Position numbers and translations under genes: made by a program. From Azolla caroliniana (lineage: Eukaryota; Plantae; Polypodiophyta), in contig JBHGNT010000006.1 of assembly GCA_043228905.1 (NCBI GenBank), positions 4,774,001-4,838,000 on the forward strand: a stretch of DNA of 64,000 nucleotides, in the 5' to 3' direction. The notes beneath the pieces were generated by a model. The model was not told the DNA's origin and did no database searches. It saw nothing but the letters and a program-made list of their open reading frames with translations. Positions 11,166 through 21,760 of this stretch are shown here, in pieces. Position 1 is the stretch's first letter. The number at the start of each line of letters is the position of its first letter.

Positions 11166-14100
11166 ATGTCTTCAAAGAGAATCAGGCGTGAGGACTCCAG
11201 GTAGGCCTCTGACACTGTGGACATTTTTGTAAATATGTTTTGTCGCTCAAGAACTCGATACGGCGTATCGAGTTCCTGTTTAAAAAGCAAAGAGAACACA
11301 GGAACTCGATATGGCGTGTCGAGTTCCCGTTTAAAGTTTAGGTTTTAAACAGGAACTCAATACAGCGTATCGAGTTCCTGTTTAAAAAGCAAAGAAAAGC
11401 AAAGACAACAGAGGAACTCGATACGGCGTATCGAGTTCGTGTTTAAAACCTAAACTTTAAACGGGAACTGGATACGCCGTATCGAGTTCCTATATAAAAG
11501 AAGGCCCTGAAAGAGAAAAATTGTGTTTTGGGGGCAACAATTAATTATTGTGTGGAAAAGATATCAAATTGTCTGTCAAAATCAGTCTTTTTTATGTTGA
11601 CTTGCCTTACTTTTTTAAAAAAACATGCCCTAATTATAGGTGTTTTATGACCTACTATAGCTTAAAAAAGTAGAAAATAACCCACAAATTACCTTTATGA
11701 TAGCAAATTCTCCTCAATATAGGTCTGGAATCAATATAAGTCATACTTCCTCTTTAAAAGAATATATAACCATGTTTACTTATTACGATATATATTTTCT
11801 AGTTTGAATAGCCCTGCCTAGAATAGATTTTTGAATATAGGACTACCATGTACCTTGAATGCATGATTGATATTTTCACTTCACCACTAATTGCTTGTTA
11901 GTGAGAACCGTTCTTCATCTACTTATTTATATTTTAATATACAACCTTGATCTACGTGACCACCTAACTTATGTTTTTGCATGTACTTTCTTAAATAGGT
12001 CGTTTGACAACCTGTTGGACCGACCCGTGAAGAAAATAAAGTTTCGCATACAAGGTTCTCCAATTGAAGCCCAGACCAAGGTAGCTCCTGAGTCCATGAA
12101 GAGAGGAAAAAAGCTTCTCTTCAACGAGGAGACAAAATCTCAACCACACATTGACGTTAGCCAAAAGAAACTTGTAGCTGCTATTGGAGGTGAAGACCTT
12201 CCTGACCGTGATCTAACAGACAAGGAATGGTGTATGCAATATGTCGACTCAAAGAAAAAAGTCGTATTGTATACAACAAAGAAGAAGGGGGAGGGGCAGC
12301 TTGGAAATGAAACCCCATTTATGTATGGCCGTATTCTACGATTTGACTATGAAGATGCAGATTCGGCCAACATATTGGTAATGATAGAGTGCTCCAAGGG
12401 GGTACGTAAAGTGTTCCTTTCAGTAAAGGAATCTTGTGGGCCAGGAGCATTCAAAAAAGATCTTGAAAGCTCACAAAACCTTATTGTTACCTTGAGGCCT
12501 TATATACAAGGCCATGTAACCCTAAGAGATGAAGTGCCCTCCCCATTGAAGGCCACAAAAAGGGTATCCAAAGTCCAGCCAAGACCACCAAAGAAGAAGA
12601 CAACCAAAATGTCGGACTCCGATTCAACAAGTGAAAACGAAGAGGAGGACAATAAGGGGACGCCAGGAGCTGAGCTGGCATCGAGTGTTTTGTCATCCGA
12701 GCAGAATAAGATAAGGAGAGAGTTAATGCAGCGTAAACTGGTCAGGAAAGGGCAAGTGTTTAATCTGCCTATAACACACATCCATCGGCCCCCTATTGAT
12801 GAAAAAACAAGTCGACGACCACTTGAGATTAGAGAGCCACACCGCATACATGTTCAAAATCTCAAGAAAAAAATGAAAATTAATCCTCATGTCACTGTGG
12901 TGCCGTTTATTGTTATGGTAGATCCTGAAGAATGTGAAACCATTGAAGATTTTGATATTAGAAAGCATGATCAATATAATTACTTTGTCATTGGTGGATC
13001 GCATTCAGCGGAGGCACGTCGGCAACTTGTGAGAGAACATCCAACGACTTTCTTCTTCAAGTATGCCGAGTGCAAAATTTATGTTGGGCTCACAACCGAA
13101 GAGGCTAAGTTGTTGGCATGGGACCATAATAATGATAATGACTATAGGCAGAAAATGTCGTCCATTGAGCGTATACAGTTCTTCCACCACGAGTATTTGG
13201 ACATGAAACAAAAGTTTGGTGTGAAGTTACATCCAGGCCTACGACGTCAATGTCTGCATGAAGTCGGCATTGTTGTAGATGGTAATGTTAAGTCCGATGG
13301 TCTTCGAAAATATGAGTCTTGGTTTCAATTGGCGTTTAGAGATGGAGAAGTATGGGACCTACAACATCAAATCTTCTCAATGTGGGAGAATAAGGAGGTA
13401 AAGGGTCAACGACAAAAGAAATGTAAGGTTGACCCTTAACTAGAGTTAAAGTCACAAGCCGCCAAGAAAATTGACTTGACAATTGAAGAAGCGGCAGACG
13501 ACATGAAGCTGTCTCTGTGGAAAGCGATACAAGGTATTAAGGACGAGCAACTTCTTGTGTCTGTTTTGTCAAGGGTTGTGGCGAAAGATTTAAGCCTTGA
13601 AGAAATGGTCACTAAGTTCAATAAGTAAGTCTTTCAAATACTGAAATTGTAGTCTATATGGTGTAATTCAAAGTTCTAATCTTGATTTCTAATTTTACAG
13701 TCATAAGGTGTACATGAAGATCCAAGAAGTTATGATGAAACAACTTGGATGTATAACTTGGGAACAAGTGACCGAGGATTATCCTCTAACGTCTTCATAT
13801 AAGGCGTTATCAGAGTATTTTATTGCATTCAAGGATTGGGTTAGTATTGATGGTTTTTCATTACCCTTTCATCATATGTAGAGCTTGTATAATAATACCT
13901 GATGTCCTATTGCTTCTATTAGAAACCATGTCGAGGCAAGAAACAAGGAGAAGTTAAGGATATACACGATTTCCCTACATCCTTCCTTGCACATCTCGAG
14001 CGAGCCAAAAAAGAAAAGGATCGTCGCTTAGTCAAGGCGTATGAAATGGAGGAAGATGGCTCCTTTAAAAAATTTAGCCACAAAGAAGATATTACGAGAG

Positions 14101-15214
14101 ATCTTTACTACAATGTGGTTTGCGGTGATGTCGTCGACTTGATCCAAAAGGTGCCAAAGAAGGAATATACGCTAATGATTGAGGATATTCCTTACGGATT
14201 TCGAATGGTTGGGTCATCATACGACGATGAACCGTTTAGGTTTAAACAATTGGAGAAGATGGTCAAGGATTTCGCTGAGCTAACGACTACACTCTTGTGA
14301 CGAATAGTTGCCTTTCATAGTATGGACCAAGGGTACTCGGTAGCTCAAGCTTTGAGATCTCGTTGCCATGGCATCGAGAACCTTGCATGGTAAGGATTAT
14401 TTATAGGTGTCTTTCACTATATTGCATTTCTTAAGGTTGTTCAATCTATTCTTAACTTGATGTATTATTTTTTATAGGATCAAGACCAATGTAAATAGAG
14501 GGCCAACTTTTCGGTTCGTTAATGCCATTGAATACATCACGGTTGGCTACTTCGATGAAATTAAGAAACAGAGAATCAAGGAGCATTCTAATGAAGTGGG
14601 AGGTTCAAATCTGTTGGTATATCCAGCAGTGACACGGAAATTGCGACATGTCACCACGATAGAACGGGGACTTGTCAACCCATATCAAAAACCTCCGCGA
14701 CTTATGATGCGCTTGATCGAGATGTTTTCTATCGAAGGAGATTGGATATTAGATCTCTTTTCTGGCACAGGTATTCCTCGAACTAGGGTAACGATCTTGA
14801 GATAACCAATATCGAATCTTTTTTGTTTGACAACTAAATCTTCTTGTTACTTACTTCACAGGAACGACATTAGCATGTGCATTGAAGCTCTTTAGAAATA
14901 CAGTTGCATTGGAGAAGGACGAGGAGCAAGTTATATTTATTAATATGCGGATTAAGGCTTTGTGGGAGTGCCCATACCAGGATGAGGAGGTCGGTGCAAA
15001 GAACCTCGCTAATACAGAAAGATTTCAACGTGCTTCGCGAGAGCCTATTCCTCCGTTAGCCGGCGAACCGGGGGAGCTAATAGAGCCTGATGATGAGCTT
15101 ATAGAAGATATTTCGTTGGCTTGGCTAATAGGGGAAGCCAATGCACGTATAGCCGAAGAGAGTTTTACACAAGATGATGAAGAAAATGACGTTGATGAAT
15201 TGATTGCTATGTAA
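11166..15214 (+). pseudogene. Six-exon gene: ParB/Srx-like domain fused to a beta-class N6-adenine/N4-cytosine DNA methyltransferase (~970 aa); two premature stops
   Basis: Exons 11166-11200, 11999-13624, 13701-13839, 13923-14389, 14478-14770, 14862-15214; all introns GT-AG and frame-consistent (2913 nt). ParB-like: FNLPITHI..IRE..VQNLKKKM..VPFIVMV..YFVIGGSHSAEARRQL..LTTEEAKLLAWDHN..MSSIERI. MTase: VVCGDVVDLIQKVP..MIEDIPYG, LAWIKTN..IEYITVG, NPYQKPPRLMMRLIEMFS..GDWILDLFSGT|GTTLACALKLFRNTVALEKD. Stops: TAA 13437-13439 and TGA 14298-14300. Confidence 0.88.
11251..11489. repeat. Array of five 25-bp palindromes GAACTCGATAC-GGC-GTATCGAGTTC in intron 1
   Basis: Copies start at 11251, 11302, 11353, 11414 and 11465. 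Confidence 0.92.
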
Positions 15215-16261
15215 TAGAGTTTATGAAGAAAATAACACTGACGATTTGTTTGGATTTCACATTATTAATACAAATTTTGGGTTTTACCTAGTGGATTCTA
15301 TTCTTTATAATCTTCTATATGTTTTAATTTTATTTTTATATACTAGGTTAGTAGATTTATGACATTGGTTTCACCGTGTGCATAACTGACTACCAAATTT
15401 ATGGAGAAACATGAATTAGTTTAAATTGAGGCTAATTTTGGTCCAACCTAACCTTAACAGAACATGGCCCTACAATTGTTGCCATGATTGTCCATGTTGT
15501 TATTATGGATCTTTGTCTTCTATTGTTAAAACTATTATGTTTCTATTCCATTGCTGCTTAGATTGTGTAGTGTGTTGATAATGGTTCCACTTGCGTTATC
15601 GTTAGGAGTTTGATCCTGTGTGAATCACCTAAGCAATAGAGTAGATCAATTTTAAATACAGGTATGAAAGCCTTATTAGGTTTGTTATTTCCACAACATT
15701 ATCCTAAAGTTCACTGCCTTACATTGTCCACAATTATATACATATGGTTTGATCCCATATGAATAAACTAAGGAATAGATTATATCAACTTTAAATACAA
15801 GTATTGAATACTTTAATAAGTTAGTTATTCCAATCACTTATCCTAATGTGCACTATCCTACATTTTCCACAATTATATACATGCACGTATGGGTCAAAGT
15901 ATAAATTATAACGCATTTTATTAGTATGGATACAAGTACACCTCATATTTTTGTAAAACTTACCTAATTAATATAAGTCTTTAAGTTAGTGTTTCCCTTG
16001 TCGCACAATAGTGACATATTGACCCATTGTTGAACTTTATTATGGCTACATTAACTTATCAAGGCTTTAAACTTGCATGATTTCAAATGATCTCCACTCG
16101 TAGACCTATCATGTATTTTTATATTTGCAAATTCTCATCAAGTTGAGGAACATGTGATACTAGTGCATCCAATTTTTGTAGAGAGGGTGTATTTGCTTCG
16201 TTTTAAGAAGATTCTACAAGTGGAATGCGCAATCCTTCCACTGGTGAACGCGAACGTGTTA

Positions 16262-16264
16262 TGT

Positions 16265-16342
<78 letters not shown>
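16262..16342. repeat. Compound (TG)n(AG)n microsatellite within the Copia LTR
   Basis: Read directly from the sequence. Confidence 0.95.
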
Positions 16343-16344
<2 letters not shown>

Positions 16345-17144
16345 CACTTATGAACAACACAAGATGGGAGATGAGTAACTATGTTAAATTAGCATTATCA
16401 TTATCAAATACAAAAATACCATCAATGAGGTATATATAGATCTCATGTGCAAGGGTGCACATGTGTGAGTAGAATATAGGTACAACCGTGTAAGTCCTAT
16501 ATTAAATGACCTTGGGAGTGGAGGATCTAGAATATCCTACTTAAGTACAAGGTCTTATTTAAGTCGTTATAGTCAACACTTCTAACTAGATTCTATCTAG
16601 GTAACTACGAAGTTACATGGTTGACTAACTAACTAAACTAAGTTGAGCTTGATCTCTCAACACGCCCCTCAAGCTCAAGTGTGAGGTGTCCGACATCCCT
16701 TTGGCTTTCGTCGGCTCCGTGTGCTTCCGTCCGTCCTTTGACTTTCTTAGCCGTGGCAATCTTGGTTCCTCCCCCTCAAGTCAGTGACGAAGGCTTGTAG
16801 CATGTGGGTGAAGGTTGACTACTTCCACCCATCGTCGGTTACAAGCCGCTTCGGTGGAGCTCTTGGGCTCTTGTTCGGCCGTTATCTTCATTGCGAAGGC
16901 GTAATGATGGGCCATATACTCGTTGTAGCCGAGCCGAGTGACGAGATTCTTCTCTCTAGAAGAGCGTCGAAGTTTTTCACTCGCCGATGTGAGCGCCTTC
17001 TTTACTTCGGGTGTACGCATGATGGGTACACCAAACTCACTGTCTAGTGAGGGAGCCGATACATCCGAATCATTGTCATCGAGGTGGTCGACTTCGTATT
17101 CGGGGATCTTACCTTTGCCTTTCTCCAAGTTCGTACTTGGCCGC

Positions 17145-19140
17145 TGTCGTGATGTGGCGTGCTCGAGGGTGGGGAAAACCGGCGAAAGGGGGGTCAAAAT
17201 GTGCATGTGCAATGTGTGTGCACACAAAGGCGATTAATTGTGCATATGCAAAATAAAAAGGAAAAGAAAGGGTGGAAAGGAGGTATAGAAGCTCGTGCAA
17301 AAAGTAAGAGAGAGGAGAGATAAAAGGTAGAGGGGAGATAGACTATTAATTTATAGAGATAGAATTATATATTGTATAAGAGAGGGATAGTGGGCTAGTG
17401 GATAGTCACATTGACTACTAGGTAGAGGTGCATAGTTTGAATCTAGTCTTACAATGCAACGTGATTTAAGGAATTTTATTCATTTTTCATTGAAGACAAA
17501 TTTGGCGACCCCCCCTTCTTTTTTTCCTATAAAAGGAGGTCGAGGGGGGCTCATTCGGGAGGACGTTTTGGGAGGAGGAGACTATCGCCAATTTTCCTTC
17601 GAAGCTCTTCATCTCCTTATTCACCACTTCTCTTCATCTCATACCCCTTCATCCCCCCATCGCCACATGCTCGTCTTCTTCGCGTCGGCACTCGAAGTGC
17701 TCGTGAGCCCAAGCTTCGTTGGTTCGACGTTGCTCCACCCTGTTTGTCGTTGCGAGCCCGTGTGCTCGCCGTTCGGGTGGTCGTGGTTCGTTGGGATTAA
17801 CATTTTGGTGGTGCTCATGTGTTCATCTTCACCGTGTTCGGATTTGCGTTTGTCTTTAAGGGCATTTAATATTTATATTTTGATTGAACTTGTGGTTAAC
17901 TAGAAGTTGCCATTGTAAACAAAACCCTATTTTATAAAGGGTCCTCTTGCGTTGGAATCGAACATGTATTTATCTCTTTGGTCGATATCATTCGTGTTTC
18001 TTTCTCTCCTTCTTTCTTTATTCGTGTCTTCCTTGTACATTCGGCCGTCTTGTGACGAGGGGACCGTTCGGGCTTGCCCATCCACCTCTCCTCCTCATAA
18101 AGGCGTACGAGCATTTTGTGCGTGTGTTTGTGTCTTTTTTTTGTACGTTCGGCCGTCTTATGATGAGGGGACCGTTCGGGCTTACCCATGCACCTCTCCT
18201 CCTCATAAAGGCGTACGAGCATTTGTGTGTGTGTGTTTGTGTCTTTTTTTGTACGTTCGGTCGTCCTGTGACGAGGGGATCGTTCGGGCCTGCCCATGCA
18301 CCTCTCCTCCTCATAAAGGCGTACGAGCATTTGTGTGTGTGTTTGTGTCTTCCTTGTACGTTCGGCCGACTTGTGACGAGGGGACCATTCGGGCTTGCCC
18401 ATGCACCTCTCCTCCTCATAAAGGCGTACGAGCATTTGTGTGTGTGGTTGTGTCTTCCTTGTACGTTTGACCGTCTTGTGACGAGGGAGCGTTTCCAGCG
18501 TGCCCATGCACCTCTCCTCCTCATAAAGACGTATGAGCATTTTGTGCGTGTGTTGTGTCTTCCTTGTACGTTCGGCCGTCTCGTGACGAGGGAGCATTTC
18601 GGGCTCGCGCATTCACCTCTCCTCCTCATAAAGGCATACGAGCATTTTGTGCGTGTGTTTGTGTCTTCCTTGTATGTTAGGCCGTCTCGTGACAAGGGAG
18701 CATCCGGGCTTGCCCATGCACCTCTCCTCCTCATAAAGGCGTACGAGCATTTGTGCATGTGTTTTGTGTCTTCCTCATATGTTCGACGTCTTGTGACGAG
18801 GGAGCGTTCAGTCGTGCCCATGCACCTCTCCTCCTCATAAAGACGTACGAACATTCGTGTTTGTGTTATCGTCCTCTTGTGCGTTCATGTTGCGTTATTA
18901 TCTTGCTTGTACCCGTTTGGTCACTTGGCTCGTGCGGTGATCTCGGAAGGTCGACGAGTCGTGATCAATGAGAGCCACCGACCTCACAAAACAAAGGGCA
19001 ACGAGACCTTGCTCGGGAAGGGGTCGGGAAGTAGTATTGTTGTAAAGCAAACCTCGGGTCTTCTCTATCCCTTGAGTACTCCCTAGTCCAAGACCCCCCT
19101 GGTCCTGCCCAAGTAACACACGTGCACGAAACTTCGCGAC
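17145..19140 (+). mobile_element. Solo LTR (~2 kb, probably Gypsy-type) inserted in the Copia pol linker
   Basis: Starts TGTCGTGA and ends ..TTCGCGAC; LTR-type TATA cctataaaaggagg at ~17526. The Copia peptide is continuous across it (GPSTSR|PSTNLEKGKGK). The terminal A and right TSD are missing. Confidence 0.65.
18023..18862. repeat. Tandem repeat, 8 copies of a 104-108-bp unit
   Basis: Anchor cacctctcctcctcataaa at 18083, 18191, 18299, 18404, 18509, 18614, 18719 and 18823. Confidence 0.95.
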
Positions 19141-20460
19141 GTGCTTGGGCCGCATGGGGGCTCTTGTGGCCCACTAGGCTTTGCCGTAATCGGACTTTCT
19201 TGGAACATGTGTTCGAAGCGATCTCCATCTTCTACCTCTTGTTCGGCGGATTATGGGTCAAGCGGAGTCGGAGTTGAAGTTGTCTTTGGTGCGTACCAGG
19301 ATGCAGACTCGTCGAAGACTACGACTCGACTTACCCGAACTGCTCGGGTAGAAGGGTTGTAGCACTTGTATGCTTTCTTTTCGGACGAGTATCCTATGAG
19401 GATACATTCCTCTGACTTCGCGTCGGGCATCTGTCGTTGCTCGTTTGGGATGCGTACATTCGCAATGCTTCCGAACACCTTGAGGTGTGACAGGATAGGC
19501 TTCCTTCCGATGAGCAGCTCGTATGGAGTTAGCTCATGCACTCCATTAGTGGTGCATTGAGTCATGAGATAGACGATCGTGAATGCCGCTTCGGCCCAAT
19601 AGAAATTCAGCATGTGCTTCTCATGCATCATGGCGCGTGCTACCTCAAGTATTTGCCGATTCTTCCTTTCGGCTACTCCATTTTGTTGGGGTTTGTGTCA
19701 GCCCGAGAATTCTCTCCGAATGCCTTCACTTTGGAGGTGAATTCATCGGAGAAGTACTCCTTTCCTCCATCCAATCGTAGGCATCGAGTGTGTCGATTGG
19801 TTTCTTTTTCGACTTGCCCCTTGAGCTTTTGGAAGTGGGAGAATACTTCGCTCTTCTTCTTCATCGGGTAGATCCACGCGTAGCGCGAGTAGTCGTTGAT
19901 GAAGGTTACGTAGTATCGGCATCCGCCTATCGTCGGCGTTTGAGCCGATCCCCATACATCCGAGTGTACGACGTCGAGGAGGCCTTTGCTTGCGGAGCTT
20001 TCCTTCGGGAATGGGAGTCGATGTTGTTTGCCGAGTTGACACGCTTCGTATACTCAATCGACTCGAATGTCGGAAGTCCGATGACGACTCCCTTGGTTTG
20101 CATCACTCGTAGCCGTTGGAGGTTTATGTGGCCGATTCGGAGTTGATGGCGTAATCATCGTATTTGGAGTTGATGGCGTAATTCGTGTGTTGCCGACTTG
20201 TGGAAGCCGACTCGCTTCTTCTTTTTTGGCAATCCTCCTCGCGGTGGCCGATTTTGCCGCAATAGTTGCAAGTTGCGGGCCTCATTTGCCAACCATGTTT
20301 AGCGTGGAAGCTCCCCCTTCTTCCGAAGGTTCCTCGATGGCTTCGGTGAAGGTTTGAGTTCCCTTCGTGTGATGGGTCGAATTTACCTCTTCTATTGCCG
20401 TGACCTCCTCATCGGCCACCATCCGAATTCGAGAAGAACATTTTTCCTTCCGACGTCTTG

Positions 20461-21721
20461 CTTTTGGTTCAGACGTGGTTCTCTTTGACCAATAGCATTG
20501 ATTGGAGGTCGAAGAATGAAGGAGGGTTTTCTCTCGCCAAGATTGTCGTCCATAATGAATTAGATTGTTGTGCGAGGAAGGACATTTAGCCATAAAATGC
20601 CCCAACACACCATAGTGGAAACAATGTCTTGCAAATGTACCCCATTTAAGTCGAAAATACATTGGTGGCATACCAAAGCATGCAATTTGTAAACAACTTG
20701 GCCTCTTTATAGCAGTATTCCAAAGAATACACATCCGATATCGATTTTGAGCATTAGCACTAGGAGGCACCAAGATCTTTCCCAACTTTTCCATCGCTGA
20801 CCGTAATATTGGCCAAACCACTGAATTATGTGCACTCTACCTCAACCCATATAGGACACTCTTGCTTTAATATATCTTGGTATTCCACTAGTGGTCTCCA
20901 CGGAACAATATGAACCAAACTTTTCTCATAAAAAACTGGCAATTTATTGAGTAATTTCTCTTTATACACTTGTGATACCAAAACAACCTCATAAAATCCA
21001 CGAGGACCAGCATAAACATCCTGAACACAATCAACTTGTAAAATCCCACATAACCATTGTTTGACCCTCCAAAGGAAAGGTATATTTCCCGTGAAAAACA
21101 ATATGACCCCTTTATCACAAAAATTAGCAAATGAGCCCAAAAACTCCTTATTGTCTATTTCTACCTTAGCCACTTCATCGTCAACAAACTCCTCAGCAAC
21201 TTTCACATTCTCCCTTATACAATCTTCCATTAATATATTTTCCATGCATCTTAAATGTTCCCAATGACTATCATCTTTCTCAATATCATCTTGTCGCATT
21301 GCATCAACATAAGACATGTCATTACTATTATCTCCAATACATTGTTTTCTTTTACCATCCCCTCTTGGGATTGATATTGACTCAACCATGCACGCATCCT
21401 TTGAAGAATTTGGAGACTCATCCATATTCATGAAAACACTACCATCCATATGACAAGAAATAGGAGAGAGTTCACTTACAAGTATTTGTGTTGGAGAAGG
21501 AATCAAATCAAGCAATCATGAGATGCATGAGATGCATGCAATCGAATGGAATTTTTACTCGTAACGTTCTACCAAGACCACCAAATGATACGTGTAGATA
21601 CTCTTTAGAAAGCTCTATGTGCAGGCTTCGAAACGAGCTAAAGAACAAAGGAAACGGACACTATAGCAAGAAGATACATCAAAATTAGTGTTTGTCCTTC
21701 TCCAACATCTCCGAACTTTGC

Positions 21722-21722
<1 letters not shown>
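20461..21722 (-). mobile_element. L1-type LINE 5' part (ORF1, DUF4283-like region plus zinc knuckle)
   Basis: ORFs 20826-21515 and part of 20282-20821: RGFYEVVL..LVHIVPW..CPIWVEV..CFHYGVLGHFMAKCP. Confidence 0.75.

Positions 21723-21760
<38 letters not shown>

Larger units (their letters stand above)
6330..16260. mobile_element. TIR DNA transposon (Sola-like, 4-bp TSD) carrying a transposase and a ParB-methyltransferase cargo gene
   Basis: Left end AACACGTTCGCGTTCACAAGTGGAAGGATCGCG (6330-6362) matches the reverse complement of 16228-16260 at 31/33 nt. ATGT direct repeats flank it at 6326-6329 and 16261-16264. Removing it restores a contiguous ~480-bp Copia LTR. Confidence 0.92.
6247..20460 (-). 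mobile_element. Decayed Ty1/Copia LTR retrotransposon; 3' LTR 6247-16662 interrupted by a DNA transposon; 5' LTR and RT/RNaseH missing
   Basis: Minus-strand PPT gcttgaggggcg is followed by TGTTGAGAG at 16662, and the LTR ends ..cttAACA at 6247. Integrase fragments at 19251-20057 (MKKKSEVFSHF..CLRLDGGKEYFSDEF; YWAEAAFTIVYL..LSHLKVFGS..ECILIGYSSEKKAYKCYNP). Gag knuckle CNYCGKIGH ~20240-20272. Post-integrase linker RRSSREK..EQEPKS at 16820-17140. Confidence 0.85.

Noticed and set aside
11251-11489. CRISPR-like appearance (palindromic 25-bp repeats with 26-36-bp spacers)
   Set aside because: Spacers are not unique (1 resembles 3; 2 is the reverse complement of 4), there are no cas genes, and the array lies in a spliceosomal intron.
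11895-11998. N-terminus of the 514-aa ORF (MLVRTVLHLL...)
   Set aside because: It is the AT-rich 3' end of intron 1; the acceptor ttaaatag at 11998 joins in frame to exon 11166-11200.
11166-15214. Bacterial contamination or a fresh prokaryotic insert as the source of the MTase
   Set aside because: The gene has five frame-consistent GT-AG introns and a TATA box, and is embedded in a TIR element within plant retrotransposons.
17932-18854. Long ORFs of 172-297 aa on both strands
   Set aside because: By-products of the 105/108-bp tandem repeat; no recognisable domain.
17191-19261. GGGTCAA at 17191 and 19255 as a 7-bp TSD
   Set aside because: Copia coding sequence continues to ~19140, and the TG-initiated boundary at 17145 restores the Copia peptide better; the match is likely chance.
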